NCBI GenBank assembly: GCA_965217865.1
Contig: CBDCJO010000001.1
Coordinates: 416,001-480,000, forward strand
From: Candidatus Latescibacterota bacterium
GTDB taxonomy: Bacteria; Latescibacterota; UBA2968; SICM01
Direction of reading: 5' to 3'
DNA: 64,000 nt
In this document: piece by piece, positions 1-10,949 of the stretch
Position numbering within the stretch: position 1 is the first letter of the stretch
Layout: each line of letters begins with the position of its first letter
The notes under the pieces: generated by a model
Seen by the model: the letters and a program-made list of their open reading frames with translations, nothing else
What the model was told of the DNA's origin: nothing
Database searches by the model: none
Program-made: the position numbers and the translations under genes

Positions 1-292
1 TGCTGAAAGTGGGACGGAACCCGTCTCTTCCCTCAGGGGCCCGGAGGAATATCGTCAGGGAGGATCCATCCGGCAACGATCCATCCCGGGGGGCCGTCTG
101 AACCGACATGCCCCACGAATCATCCAGGGGCTTGGGGAGTGTGATCTGAAACCCCAGTTTCGTATTCGTGTATGTCCTTCCCAGGGGACCAATGGTGATT
201 GGATTTTCATCCTCCGGCTCGTTTGGGAGATTGGCGCAAGATGCGCACAATCCCGTCAGGATCCCAATCGCAATAATTTCGGATAGCTTCAT
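1..292 (-). CDS. putative lipoprotein (3' end runs off window)
   Basis: ATG at 292 opens MKLSEIIAIGILTGLCASC-ANLPNEPED...: signal peptide with lipobox-like CASC; no stop before position 1. Confidence 0.6.
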   Translation of the reverse strand, partial: MKLSEIIAIGILTGLCASCANLPNEPEDENPITIGPLGRTYTNTKLGFQITLPKPLDDSWGMSVQTAPRDGSLPDGSSLTIFLRAPEGRDGFRPTFS

Positions 293-333
293 TTGACCAG
301 GTACCCTTCTTGCCGACCGGCTTATAAAGATAT

Positions 334-1229
334 GGTGATTGAGTAGATATTGGTACCAGCGTATATTAATAATATGCTGGTAATTAATCCACTTAAGTTA
401 GCAAATGACTGCAAGATAAGTAGGGCCTATTTTCGTGCAGCCCGTTGGGGTGGAAAAGGCGATGTCCAAGCTGCGATTATCAGCGCAGGTTGCCCTTATT
501 AAAAGACGATCGGTTCAGGTGTTCACGGTGTGGATATCGGTTTAAAGATTTCACGGGCACTTATCTTGAAAGGCTTCGAATTTCATTTGACGAGCTTGCC
601 CATTTACTTTATCTGTTTGTATTGGGAGTGCCCTCTTACCGATCCAGGCACTACCTGTCCGTATCGCTGAAAACGGCTCAGCGGATTTATACCACGTTTC
701 GCCAGGCCATCTACGATCATAGCTTTACGGACCAGGTGCTTTGGGGTGAGATCGAGTTGGACGAGGCGATGTATGGAGGTCATCATAAGGGTAAGCGTGG
801 ATGGGGAGCAGCCGGAAAACACTTGGTTTTCGGGCTTTATCAGAGGAACGGAAAAGTCCTCACCTTTCCCATTCCGGATCGAAGTCGAAACACCCTTACA
901 CCGCTTGTGACCTCACACACCAAAGCAGGCAGTCTATACTACACCGATGACTGGCACGCCTACACTTGGCTGTCAGTCAAAGGTGACCACGTGGTTGTTC
1001 GAAAAGAAGAAGGGGTGCCCAAAGGCAAAGGCCGACATCACATCAATGGCATCGAAGGCTTCTGGAGTTTTTCTAAAAATTGGCTATATCAATACAGAGG
1101 AATCCCTCGACATCATTTCTATTTATACCTGAAGGAAACAGAGTTCAGATTCAACCAAGAAGACGAGGATCTCTTCCCAATTATTGCTTCATATCTGGTG
1201 AATCTGGTACCAATATCTTCCTAATTACC
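334..1229 (+). mobile_element. IS1595-family insertion sequence (~896 bp)
   Basis: 26-bp imperfect terminal inverted repeats GGTGATTGAGTAGATATTGGTACCAG (334-359) / CTGGTACCAATATCTTCCTAATTACC (1204-1229), 22/26 match; flanks AAAGATAT / AAACATTT (6/8, possible decayed target duplication). Confidence 0.85.
374..1224 (+). CDS. IS1595-family DDE transposase, apparently frameshifted near 452-456
   Basis: CPSC...CSRC zinc finger, EIELDEAMYGG, YYTDDW, HINGIEGFWS, LYLKETEFRFN. The N-terminal ...AYFRAARWGGK (ATG 374) lies in a different frame from RRCPSC (ORF 445-1224). Confidence 0.85.
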
Positions 1230-1315
1230 AAACATTTAGACCTGTTGCCGGTTTTGTCAATCCATAATTCCCCCATGACCTCAAACCAGACCGGTCCCTC
1301 CCGAGGTTCGAACGA

Positions 1316-2782
1316 TCAACTCGATCCTGAATCTAGCCTCTCCGTTAACAACTGGTTGACCAATTTCGGATTGGCCTTCCCCTTGGTCTCCTTCATAACT
1401 TGTCCCACAAAGAAGGTCAATAGTTTTTGTTCCCCGCCCCTGTAGCGCTCCACCTCCCTCGGTTGAGCCGCAACAATCCGATCGACCACCGCCACCAGGG
1501 CGCCTTCGTCCGATATCTGTATCAATCCCCTCTCTTCCACGATCTTTCCCGGGGCCTTCCCGCTTTCTACCATCTCCTGGAACACGGTCTTGGCGATCTT
1601 TCCGCTGATCGTCCCGGCCCCGATCATTCGGATCATCTCGGCAAGCTGCCCCGCCCGGACCTGAAAATCCGCCATTCCTATTCCTCGTGCGCGAAGCTCC
1701 CGCAGCACGTCACCCGTCACCCAGTTGGAAGCCTGCCGGGCATCCGCATCCGCATCGACCACGGCCTCGAAATAGTCCGCGACCTCCCTGCCGAAAGTTA
1801 AAACCTCTGCAGTGCTCTGTGGAATACCGTACTCCAGGACGAACCGCGCCCGTTTGGCATCCGGGAGCTCAGGGATCTGGGCCCTCGCCTTCTCGACCCA
1901 CGCACCATCCACCTCCATGGCCACCAGGTCCGGCTCGGGGAAGTAACGATAGTCGTGCGAAGCCTCCTTGGTCCTCATCGGGACGACACGCTCCGTCTCG
2001 GCGTCGAACTGCAACGTGTCTTGCTGTATCTGACCTCCACCCGCAAGGATCTCTATCTGCCGGGCGCTTTCGGCTTCCAGGGCACGCTGGGTGTTTCGGA
2101 AGGAGTTCATATTCTTGATCTCGGTCTTCGTTCCGAGCTTCTTCGCTCCCCTCGGTCGCATCGACACGTTGGCATCGATTCTTATGTTTCCTTCCTCCAT
2201 GTTCCCTTCAGACCCTCCGGTATACACCAGGATTTGGCGGAGTTTGGTGAGGTAGAGATAAGCCTCTTCAGACGATGAGATGTCCGGTTCACTCACGATT
2301 TCGACCAGCGGTACCCCGCACCGATTCACATCGAACAGGGATTCGTCTTCCGCGACAAATGTCTCGTCGTGTATCAGTTTTCCAGCATCCTCCTCCATGT
2401 GGATGCGGACGAGGCGGATCTCCTTTTCCCGCTCTCCGATTTCGATCGTGATTCCGCCACCGACGGCAAGGGGCATTTCATCCTGAGACTGGAACTGTGA
2501 AATCTGATATCCCTTGGGAAGGTCCGGATAGAAATAGTTTTTCCTCAGGAATCGGCTTTTGTCCTGGATCTGGCTGCCAACAGCCAAGGCGACTCTGATG
2601 GCCAGTTGGTGCACAGAGCGGTTCATGACGGGCAAGGCCCCCGGCATCCCAAGGCACACGGGGCATCCGTGCGTGTTCGGTTCTGCCCCAAACCCGGAAG
2701 AGCAACCGCAGAAGATCTTTGTCTTTGTCGCCAGCTGGGCATGAACTTCAAGCCCGATCACGGTTTCGTATTCAACGGGCAT
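1316..2782 (-). CDS. gatB: Asp/Glu-tRNA amidotransferase subunit B
   Basis: VIGLEVHAQL, RKNYFYPDLPKGYQISQ, DYRYFPEPDL, FFVGQVMKETKGKANP; start set at MPVEYE. Confidence 0.97.
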   Translation of the reverse strand: MPVEYETVIGLEVHAQLATKTKIFCGCSSGFGAEPNTHGCPVCLGMPGALPVMNRSVHQLAIRVALAVGSQIQDKSRFLRKNYFYPDLPKGYQISQFQSQDEMPLAVGGGITIEIGEREKEIRLVRIHMEEDAGKLIHDETFVAEDESLFDVNRCGVPLVEIVSEPDISSSEEAYLYLTKLRQILVYTGGSEGNMEEGNIRIDANVSMRPRGAKKLGTKTEIKNMNSFRNTQRALEAESARQIEILAGGGQIQQDTLQFDAETERVVPMRTKEASHDYRYFPEPDLVAMEVDGAWVEKARAQIPELPDAKRARFVLEYGIPQSTAEVLTFGREVADYFEAVVDADADARQASNWVTGDVLRELRARGIGMADFQVRAGQLAEMIRMIGAGTISGKIAKTVFQEMVESGKAPGKIVEERGLIQISDEGALVAVVDRIVAAQPREVERYRGGEQKLLTFFVGQVMKETKGKANPKLVNQLLTERLDSGSS

Positions 2783-2783
2783 G

Positions 2784-4322
2784 TCAAACCTGTGGTTCGT
2801 TTGTCTTTTTCGGGGGAGGTGCCTCTTTGGTGGTTCCTGACCTGCGCTCGAGGACATAAGCCGCCCTCAGGATGAGCTCCTCCTCGAACGGTCGCCCTAT
2901 GATCTGCGTGCCGACAGGAAGGCCATTCTGGGTTTTTCCGTACGGGATGGAGATTCCCGGGACCCCCGCAAGATTGATCGCCGCGGTGTAAATATCCGAG
3001 AGATACATTTGGAGTGGGTTCGAGATCTTTTCCCCAATCCTGAACGCAGGTGTCGGGGAAACCGGAGAGAGAATCAAATCGCACGTCTTCCAGACCGCTT
3101 CGAAGTCATTTTTGATCAAGGTCCGGACCTTCTGTGCCTTGAGGTAGTAGGCGTCGTAATATCCCGAGCTCAAGGCGTAGGTTCCAAGCATTATCCTTCG
3201 TTTGACCTCATCTCCGAACCCTTCGCTGCGCGTCTTACAATACATCTCAAACAGGTCGGCCGCCCCTTCGGTTCGGGATCCGTACTTGACACCGTCGAAT
3301 CTCGCAAGATTTGCAGAGGCTTCCGCCATCGCGATGATATAATAGGCTGATATGGCATACTCAGGATGCCCCGCAATCGGTAGAGATACATCGCAAAGCG
3401 TCGCGCCTTCGCTCTCCAAGATCCCGGCCGCCTCCTTCACTGCCGATTCCACCTCGGGATCAAGACCCGCGGCGAAATACTCCCTCGGCAAACCCACCCG
3501 GAAACCCTGGACACCCCTTTCTAGTCCGGCGACGTATTCGCTTACCGGCAGGTCCGCCGACGTGGCGTCTCGCTCATCCCGTCCAGCGATCACGGACAGG
3601 ATCAACGCTGCATCCCGAACGTCCTTGGCCAGGGGTCCCGCCTGGTCCAGCGAACTGGCATAGGCCACAAGACCGTAGCGAGAGACGCGGCCGTAAGTCG
3701 GTTTGAGACCCACCACCCCACAGAACGATGCGGGCAAACGGATCGAACCGCCGGTGTCTGTCCCCAGCGCGACCACAGCCTCCCCGGCGGCGACGGCAGC
3801 CGCAGATCCACCGCTGGACCCCCCCGGGACTCGTTCCAGGTCGCGGGGATTGTGCGTCGGATGGAATCCGGAATTCTCATTCGATGAACCCATCGCAAAT
3901 TCGTCGCAGTTCGTCTTTCCGATGATCACGCCATCGGCGGCCTTGACCCGTGCGACACAGGTGGAATCGTACGGCGGGATGAAGTTCGTAAGGATTTTTG
4001 AACCGCAGGTCGTACGCATCCCCTTCGTGCATAGAACATCCTTCACGGACACGGGAACGCCTGCCAGAGGGCCCAGCCGATCACCGTGCCTCACCCTCTT
4101 GTCGATCTCAGCCCCTTTGTTGAGGGCCCCCTCCCGGTCCACCGTGAGATATGCCCGGACCTCGCCGTCCCTTTCCTGGATCTTATCTAACAAATCCCAT
4201 ACAGCGCCTTCGGAAGAAGCCTCACCGGTAACGACCCTTTCGCGCAAGCTATATGCTGAGTATCCCGGAATCATCTTGGATAGACCAAGAGGGTTAGGTG
4301 ACAGGTGCTCCCTCCCGGTCAA
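2784..4322 (-). CDS. gatA: Asp/Glu-tRNA amidotransferase subunit A
   Basis: amidase signature [51 protein letters not shown]; adjacent to gatB. Confidence 0.97.
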   Translation of the reverse strand: MTGREHLSPNPLGLSKMIPGYSAYSLRERVVTGEASSEGAVWDLLDKIQERDGEVRAYLTVDREGALNKGAEIDKRVRHGDRLGPLAGVPVSVKDVLCTKGMRTTCGSKILTNFIPPYDSTCVARVKAADGVIIGKTNCDEFAMGSSNENSGFHPTHNPRDLERVPGGSSGGSAAAVAAGEAVVALGTDTGGSIRLPASFCGVVGLKPTYGRVSRYGLVAYASSLDQAGPLAKDVRDAALILSVIAGRDERDATSADLPVSEYVAGLERGVQGFRVGLPREYFAAGLDPEVESAVKEAAGILESEGATLCDVSLPIAGHPEYAISAYYIIAMAEASANLARFDGVKYGSRTEGAADLFEMYCKTRSEGFGDEVKRRIMLGTYALSSGYYDAYYLKAQKVRTLIKNDFEAVWKTCDLILSPVSPTPAFRIGEKISNPLQMYLSDIYTAAINLAGVPGISIPYGKTQNGLPVGTQIIGRPFEEELILRAAYVLERRSGTTKEAPPPKKTNEPQV

Positions 4323-4378
4323 CTAACCCTCTTCTCAAAAGGTGACAGATAAAACTCGGCAGTCAGGTTCGCTATGGG

Positions 4379-4660
4379 CTAATAAGAATATTTGAAGTAA
4401 TAATACGCCACACCCATTCCCATGAGGCTGAATAGGCTGAAGTCGAGAGTGAAGCCGAAAGTGAGAGTCAGGATGATCAGGTTTAGGGGGATGGGAGAGA
4501 ATTCATACTGGACAAGCGGATCCAGGAGAACCTTCTGGACCACGCTCTGAGACAGGCCAACGGCCTGGAAAAGGATTTTAAGGACCTCCCCCGCCATATT
4601 CCCGACCAGGACCCCGATAAACAGAGCCACGACCAGGTGAACGATATTTCGCCTCCCCAT
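4379..4660 (-). CDS. DUF4321-like small membrane protein
   Basis: 93 aa, hydrophobic N-terminus and LNLIILTLTFGFTLDFSLFSLMG C-terminal pattern. Confidence 0.65.
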   Translation of the reverse strand: MGRRNIVHLVVALFIGVLVGNMAGEVLKILFQAVGLSQSVVQKVLLDPLVQYEFSPIPLNLIILTLTFGFTLDFSLFSLMGMGVAYYYFKYSY

Positions 4661-4672
4661 ACGACCCCCCGG

Positions 4673-5434
4673 TTAAGGGGTTTCAGACCGATGAACGCTT
4701 ATTTCATCCAGGCCTTGGATTTCAGTCGCTTGGCGATGCCTGAAAAGTTGGAAAACCCACCGGATCACACCCGATAGCACATAGGTCATCGTGAGCGGGA
4801 AGAAGGCCCCGTCTGCGTACCAGATCGTGAGCACGACCCCGGCAATAAAGTATATCAACTTGACTCGATTCCAAAAGGAACCCAGGGTAAATTTCGGAAA
4901 AGTCTCGTACTCAAGCGAGCTGATCATCAAGAATGAGAGCAAAACCGTAAGGGAAATCGAAACTTCCAGGGATCCGGACCAGGTCCACACCTTCTGACTG
5001 AAAATCACATATGAGACAAGGGTGGCCGATGCTGCCGGAATCGGGAAGCCGGAATAATTCTTCTTGTCGAATCCCTTCTGCTGGGCGTTGAAACGAGCAA
5101 GCCGAAGGGCCCCGCATAAAAAGAATAGGAAACCGAGTCCCACCCCCCAAACGTCATGGAGGTTGAATATCCGGGAGTGAAAATTGAAAATCAGCAAGGC
5201 GGGAGCAAGTCCGAACGAGCAGATATCGGCCAGGGAGTCAAACTCCACACCGAACCGGCTGGGTGTACGCATAGCCCGGGCGACTTTCCCGTCCATGGCA
5301 TCCAAAAATGCGCCCACGATGATCAGCCACCCGGCGGGAACCAGCCGGCCTTCGAATATATAGTAGATGGCCAGAAACCCGCAAAAAAGGTTGCCTACGG
5401 TGAACAGGCTCGGAACTGCAGCGCGTTTTTTCAT
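4673..5434 (-). CDS. pssA: CDP-diacylglycerol--serine O-phosphatidyltransferase
   Basis: PSLFTVGNLFCGF; CDP-alcohol phosphotransferase motif DAMDGKVAR...GVEFDSLAD; RLARFN; next to psd. Confidence 0.93.
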   Translation of the reverse strand: MKKRAAVPSLFTVGNLFCGFLAIYYIFEGRLVPAGWLIIVGAFLDAMDGKVARAMRTPSRFGVEFDSLADICSFGLAPALLIFNFHSRIFNLHDVWGVGLGFLFFLCGALRLARFNAQQKGFDKKNYSGFPIPAASATLVSYVIFSQKVWTWSGSLEVSISLTVLLSFLMISSLEYETFPKFTLGSFWNRVKLIYFIAGVVLTIWYADGAFFPLTMTYVLSGVIRWVFQLFRHRQATEIQGLDEISVHRSETP

Positions 5435-6075
5435 GTCTTGACCACTCCGATGATCGTCTCCCCTCCAGTCATCTTGTCCCCTACCTGAACCCGAATCTCG
5501 GATTCGGGAGGCAGAATCAGATCCACGCGGGAGCCGAATTTGATGAGGCCGAACCGCTCTCCCTTTTTGACCCTATCCCCTTTGGTCGCCCGACAAACGA
5601 TGCGTCGTGCAACAAAACCGGCTATCTGTTTAACGACGATCGTACGGCCAGCATTCTCGATCTCAATAACAACTTGCTCATTTTCAACCGAAGCCCTTTC
5701 GACGAACGCGGCCAGAAAACGACCCCGCTTTCTGTTTACTTCCACCACCCTTCCCGAGTAGGGTATTCGATTGATGTGAACGTCGAAAATCGAAAGAAAC
5801 ACACTCACCTGGATCCCGTTTAAACCCCATTCTTCGTCTCCACTGATCTTTCTGATGCTGACGACTTTCCCGTCAGCAGCGGAGACCACCGCCCCCTGCT
5901 CCGTCGGGATTTGACGTACCGGATCCCGGAAGAATACACACACCAGGAGAAAGCCAGCGGCAAAAGCCCCCCCGAGGTAACCAGGTATGCTATAGCCCGA
6001 CGCGCTGGACAGGGTGAAAAGAAGAACGGCCACAAAACCCGTGATGATCAGAAACGGGAGCCCTTCTCTCGCCAT
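5431..6075 (-). CDS. psd: phosphatidylserine decarboxylase proenzyme
   Basis: FFRDP, SAADGKV, FLSIFDVHINR, QIAGFVARRI, FGSRVD pyruvoyl cleavage motif. Confidence 0.95.
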   Translation of the reverse strand: MAREGLPFLIITGFVAVLLFTLSSASGYSIPGYLGGAFAAGFLLVCVFFRDPVRQIPTEQGAVVSAADGKVVSIRKISGDEEWGLNGIQVSVFLSIFDVHINRIPYSGRVVEVNRKRGRFLAAFVERASVENEQVVIEIENAGRTIVVKQIAGFVARRIVCRATKGDRVKKGERFGLIKFGSRVDLILPPESEIRVQVGDKMTGGETIIGVVKT

Positions 6076-6108
6076 ACCCTACCCCTTATGCCCAAGGATC
6101 GATCCCGC

Positions 6109-7290
6109 CTAATTTCGGCGACGATCCTGTTCCAGGACAAGATCCACTTCGACTTTTCGAGCATTCCGCATAACGACGAGTTCAAAGACTTCCCCCACGC
6201 TCCCCCCCTGAAAGGCCTCCAGGGCGCCTTCGTCATCTTGAATCGGCCTTCCGCTTACGGCGATGATGACATCCCCCGACTTGAGACCCGCACTTGCCCC
6301 AGGGCTGTTGTCTTCGACCTCCGTGATCAAGGCGCCCTCCACGTATGGGATTCCCAACCTCGCCGCAATCCAACGGTTCATCCCCATCACCGAGATCCCC
6401 GTCCAAAATTCCCTGGTCCGGCCGTAACGGAGGAGTTCATCCATCACCCGCTTGGCCTTATTCACAGGGATGGCGAAGCCTATTCCGACCGAACCACCAC
6501 GACCCTCGGTGAAAATGAATGTGTTGACGCCGACCACTTCCCCGGAGCCATTCACCAGAGGACCGCCGCTATTCCCCCGATTAATGGCTGCATCGGTCTG
6601 GATCATCTTCTTATAAGCCCTGCGGTTCTGCGGGACCTGAAAGTCCCGATCCTTCGCGCTGATGACGCCGACCGTAACCGTCGGCTGAGGATCGCCTATT
6701 GCAAGTCCGAAAGGATTTCCGATGGCGATGGCCCATTCCCCGATGATGATATCGTCCGAATTCCCCAAACGAGCCGTTGGGAGTCCTTTCACACCCTCCA
6801 GATGAATCAAGGCCACATCGGATTGAGTTGCCCTGAGAACCTGCCTTGGGATATCCACCACCTCAAAATGCCGATGGTCGGACAGGGTGACCGAAATGGA
6901 GACTGCATCCTCAATGACGTGGTCGTTGGTCAGGATCCAACCGTCTTCACGGACGACGAATCCCGATCCGATTCCGGGCACCTTCTGTCGAAGGACCGCG
7001 AATGGAGAAAAGAAATCGAAAAATGGATCCCGGTATCGAAAGGGCCGCTCTTTCAAAAAGAAGGTGTTAACGCTCACGACCGTCGGTTCAACGGCTTCTA
7101 CGGCCCTTACGATGGCGTTCCGACGGGATTGGAAAATCTCCTCTGCAAATGCGTGGTTGTCGTGGACGGGGATCTCGGGCCCGTTTCCAGTACTGTCCGG
7201 GCACGTCCTGTAGAAGTGCTCGGCAAACACGACCCCGAGACCCATCCCTATCGTAAGGACGATGGCCGTTCGGAGCCTGTTTCCTATCAC
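6109..7290 (-). CDS. htrA: HtrA/DegP-family serine protease (trypsin + one PDZ)
   Basis: GSGFV, TNDHV, AIGNPFG, QTDAAINRGNSGGPL, C-terminal PDZ (SPGASAGLKSGDVI), N-terminal membrane anchor. Confidence 0.92.
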   Translation of the reverse strand: MIGNRLRTAIVLTIGMGLGVVFAEHFYRTCPDSTGNGPEIPVHDNHAFAEEIFQSRRNAIVRAVEAVEPTVVSVNTFFLKERPFRYRDPFFDFFSPFAVLRQKVPGIGSGFVVREDGWILTNDHVIEDAVSISVTLSDHRHFEVVDIPRQVLRATQSDVALIHLEGVKGLPTARLGNSDDIIIGEWAIAIGNPFGLAIGDPQPTVTVGVISAKDRDFQVPQNRRAYKKMIQTDAAINRGNSGGPLVNGSGEVVGVNTFIFTEGRGGSVGIGFAIPVNKAKRVMDELLRYGRTREFWTGISVMGMNRWIAARLGIPYVEGALITEVEDNSPGASAGLKSGDVIIAVSGRPIQDDEGALEAFQGGSVGEVFELVVMRNARKVEVDLVLEQDRRRN

Positions 7291-8066
7291 GTCGGTGGGA
7301 CCTCCTGTTCATCTGATTGCAACGGCATATCCGAATCGGAATCGTAACAGACGTTGATCAGACAGAGTCCGTGAGCGGGTGCGGTCAAACCCGAACAGCG
7401 GCGGTCACGGGCTTCAAGGATATCCATCACTTCCGTTTCGTCCATCTTTCCCCGTCCCACGTCGACAAGCGTCCCAACCATCGTCCTCACCATTCCCCTT
7501 AGGAAGCGATTCGAATTCACCTCAAAAATCAGGTCCTCCCCGTGAATGGCCAGAGAACAGGATTTCACATCGCAGGTATATCCAGGTCTTTCTGAAGCAT
7601 CGTTGCAAAAGGATGCGAAACATCGCCTTCCCACGAACGCCTCAGCAGCCCTTCCCATTCTCGCCGGATCCATCCGGTAGGGGACATACCATGCATATTT
7701 CCCGCCGACTGCGCGTCTCCTCGTTGTTATCCGGTAGGTGTAAAATCGGTTCCGGGCATCGAAACGGGCGTGAAATCGATCGGAAACTGATTCAGCCGCT
7801 CGGACTACGACATCTTTGGGCATGAATCGATTTAAGCCCCGATGGATGTCCCTGGGCGCTAAACTCGTTCCTGTATGGAAATTTGCAACCTGGCCAATCG
7901 CGTGTACACCCGTATCGGTCCGCCCTGCTCCAATTAACCGGATGGGCTCCCCCAGCATCTGTCCAAGATTTTCCTCGACCACCCCTTGAACGCTACGGCA
8001 GTTGGGTTGGATCTGCCATCCGTGAAAATCAGTGCCATCATATTCCAATACCAGCTTGAGGTTCAC
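7287..8066 (-). CDS. truA: tRNA pseudouridine(38-40) synthase
   Basis: YDGTDFHGWQ, GAGRTDTGVHA, FLRGMVRTMVG, APAHGL. Confidence 0.97.
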   Translation of the reverse strand: MNLKLVLEYDGTDFHGWQIQPNCRSVQGVVEENLGQMLGEPIRLIGAGRTDTGVHAIGQVANFHTGTSLAPRDIHRGLNRFMPKDVVVRAAESVSDRFHARFDARNRFYTYRITTRRRAVGGKYAWYVPYRMDPARMGRAAEAFVGRRCFASFCNDASERPGYTCDVKSCSLAIHGEDLIFEVNSNRFLRGMVRTMVGTLVDVGRGKMDETEVMDILEARDRRCSGLTAPAHGLCLINVCYDSDSDMPLQSDEQEVPPT

Positions 8067-8262
8067 TTATGGCACCAGGCTTCTCCTTGGTGGCGGCGTG
8101 TCGCGACGTCCACCTGCCAAGGCCCTGGAAAGACTGGTCCTGATCCTTGGGAATTTTCCGGGGGTTGTGGAAAGGGCACAGGCAGGGTGGACCGGAATCG
8201 CAGATCCAGGATATCACCCTCCAGAAAGAGGGTTCATCAAAAAAAATACGGATTTACGGCAC

Positions 8263-8291
8263 AATATAATATCTCGTCCCAACATTGTCAA
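8263..8291 (-). promoter_or_regulatory. sigma70-type promoter for the truA-htrA-psd-pssA operon
   Basis: TTGACA-17 bp-TATATT on minus strand. Confidence 0.65.
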
Positions 8292-8489
8292 ATGCTATTA
8301 TCCATAAAACAGGCCTCATCTGTTGAAAGATTCGATCACCAACGGAAAATCGTTTTCGAGTTTTGATGATTCCTACCGGGGTAGAACCCGTCCGCAAGAG
8401 TCTAATTCCGGGCACACGGATTGCACCTCGGTCTTGCCAACGGAATTGACAAACGATCCTTCCGTATTTCGGTCAGCAAAGGAGAACTC

Positions 8490-10888
8490 GTGCGACGCCC
8501 AGCCCTCTTTATTGCCACTTGTTTCATCCTGGGCTTGTTCGCTGCATCAGCGCTCCGATCCAACCTTCCCTTTGGCGCGGTCCTCTGGCTGCACGCGGGG
8601 ATCATCGGGATCGCAGCCTGTGCACTCCGGTTCAGACCCCACGGGACGATTGTTGTGCAGAGCCTTGTCGGCCTTGCCATCCTTTCGACAGGGTTCGTTC
8701 GTTTTAGGTGTGAAATCCAGATAGGTCAAGGTGACCTGGGTCGAAGGGGCCATTTCGAACAGGAGGCTGGATTTCGGGGGATCGTAACGAACGAACCCTA
8801 CGTCCGCAACGGGAGCATCCGGGCGAAGGTTCAAATCGAAGATAAAACCTTTGGTGGCGTAACTTCGAAGATTCAGGGAAACATACTCCTCCGCGTCCGG
8901 GGAGATCGAAAGGATATCCGATACGGAGACCGGGTCGCCTTTTCCGGAGTCTTGCGTGCCCCCCGGCCGCCCCGAAACCCGGGCGATTTCGATGGCAAGG
9001 CCTACGCCGAGGTTCAGGGGATATCCGGAACCGTCTTTCTCAAACGTTCCGGAGACCTCCGGATTCTCGAACGCGATGCGGGAAATCCCTTTTGGTCGCA
9101 GATCGTCCTTCCTGTCCGTCACGCTGCCCGAAGTGCTATCGAACGAGACATGACCGGAAATCCCTCCGCCTTGCTCAAAGGGGTTCTCCTCGGGGACAGA
9201 CAGGCCTTCCCCCAACGGCTCCTGGACGACTTTGCTGCAACAGGACTGACGCACACCCTTGCCGTTTCGGGGTTCAACGTCGGTATCGTGGCCTTGGTCG
9301 GATTTACGCTTCTTCGCTCACTTTCTCTGGGGCGTCTTCCGACGGCCATGGGCGTGATTCCCCTCCTGATTCTATATGCCTTCGTCACCGGGTTAAGCCC
9401 TTCTGTGGTGAGGGCGACCCTTATGGCGTGTATATTGATTATCGGAACGGTCCTTGAACGAGATGTCGACGTCCTCAACACCCTCGGCTTATCCGCGGTC
9501 ATCCTGCTCTGGATCTGGCCGATGAGCGTGTTCGATCCGGGTTTTCAGCTCTCCTTTGTGGCCACCCTCTCTTTGATCGTTTTGACCCGGCCGATTCTTT
9601 CGCTCATTCAGGATCCGCCCGGATCCAGACCAAAACCTTGGAAGACATGGTTGGCGATGCCCGTGGCCGCATCGGTGGCGGCTCAGGTCGGAAGTATCCC
9701 TGTTGTCGCTTATCATTTCCAAACCGTTTCATTAATCTCGTTCCTTGCAAACCTGCCCACAGCCCCTCTCGTGAGCGCTGCAACCGTCTTGGGTGTCCTG
9801 ACGGCCTTGGTTGGAACCATCCTGCCGATCCTGTCGACATTGATCAATGGAGCCAACTACCTCATCCTAAGACCATGCTCGCGTCCGTGCATTTTTTTGC
9901 CCAGATACCCCATGCGGCCGTGACGGTTTTCGCCCCATCGCCCACGGTCCTATGCATCTACTACCTGGCAGTGGGCTTGATGCTTCCCGACATCCGGAAA
10001 TCCAGATGTGGAAAGCCCCTATTATTCTCCTTACTTCTGCTTTCCAACGGTTTGGTATGGTCAAGGAGTTTCGATCCGGAGCGCGGTCTGGAGATCGTCT
10101 TCCTGGATGTGGGTCAGGGCGACAGCGCCTTTATTCGATTCCCGGACGGCAAGACGATGCTTATCGATGGAGGGATCCGCACTCGATGGTTCGACGTGGG
10201 AGGTCGGATCATTCTCCCCTTCCTTAGAAAACAGGGCATTCGTCACATCGACGTTGTCGTTGCAACCCATCCCGACCTGGACCACATCGGTGGCCTGCTC
10301 GAAATCCTAAAAGAGATCAAAGTCCACCACTATCTGGATAGCGGTCAATCCTCCGCTACCTGGGCAGCTACACGGATACGTGAGGTCGTTGCCGAAAATC
10401 AGATCCCCCACCAGACCCTGGCGGCGGGGGACAGTTTGATCGGTTTAGGTAAGGTCAGCGCTCTGGTCCTCCACCCTGGGACGGAATTCGTTTCACGAGA
10501 TCCCTCACACAAGTCCCCTCTGGGGCCGAATAACGGCTCTGTGGTACTTCGTTTCGGTTACAAGGGAACCGTATTTCTCCTGACCGGAGATATAGAGCGG
10601 TCCGCGGAGAGCTGGTTGATCCGCTGGGGATCCCGAATCAAGGCGAATATCTTAAAAGTCCCCCATCACGGTTCCAGGACGTCATCCACGCTCAGCTTCC
10701 TGTCTGAAGTCTCCCCATCGATTGCCGTTGTCTCCGTCGGGGGAAAAAACCGATTCGGCCATCCGGCTCCCGATGTCCTGGCAAGATATGAAGCGGACGG
10801 TGTCCGGGTATTCCGAACCGATCAACAGGGCGCTATCGTGATGCGGGTGGACGGGGATGGGCTTCAGATCAGGACCTGGTTGCCTTGA
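8490..10888 (+). pseudogene. comEC: ComEC/Rec2 competence protein split by a -1 frameshift at ~9869
   Basis: NPGDFD, LLGDR, HTLAVSGFNV, PSVVRAT, GFQLSF in ORF 8421-9923; the MBL domain (DVGQGD, THPDLDH, KVPHHGS) continues in ORF 9638-10888; GTG at 8490 follows SD AAAGGAG. Confidence 0.85.
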
Positions 10889-10930
10889 ATCAGCAGCCTC
10901 GAACGTCCACACGGAGGGACTGAGTAACCA

Positions 10931-10949
10931 CCCCGCCAAAAGGGCGGGG
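10931..10949. terminator. GC-rich hairpin between convergent comEC and the ncRNA
   Basis: CCCCGCC-AAAAG-GGCGGGG, 7-bp perfect stem, 42 nt after the comEC stop; no clear U-tract. Confidence 0.45.

Noticed and set aside
5911-7347. 478-aa plus-strand ORF
   Set aside because: Antisense shadow of htrA; no recognisable motifs.
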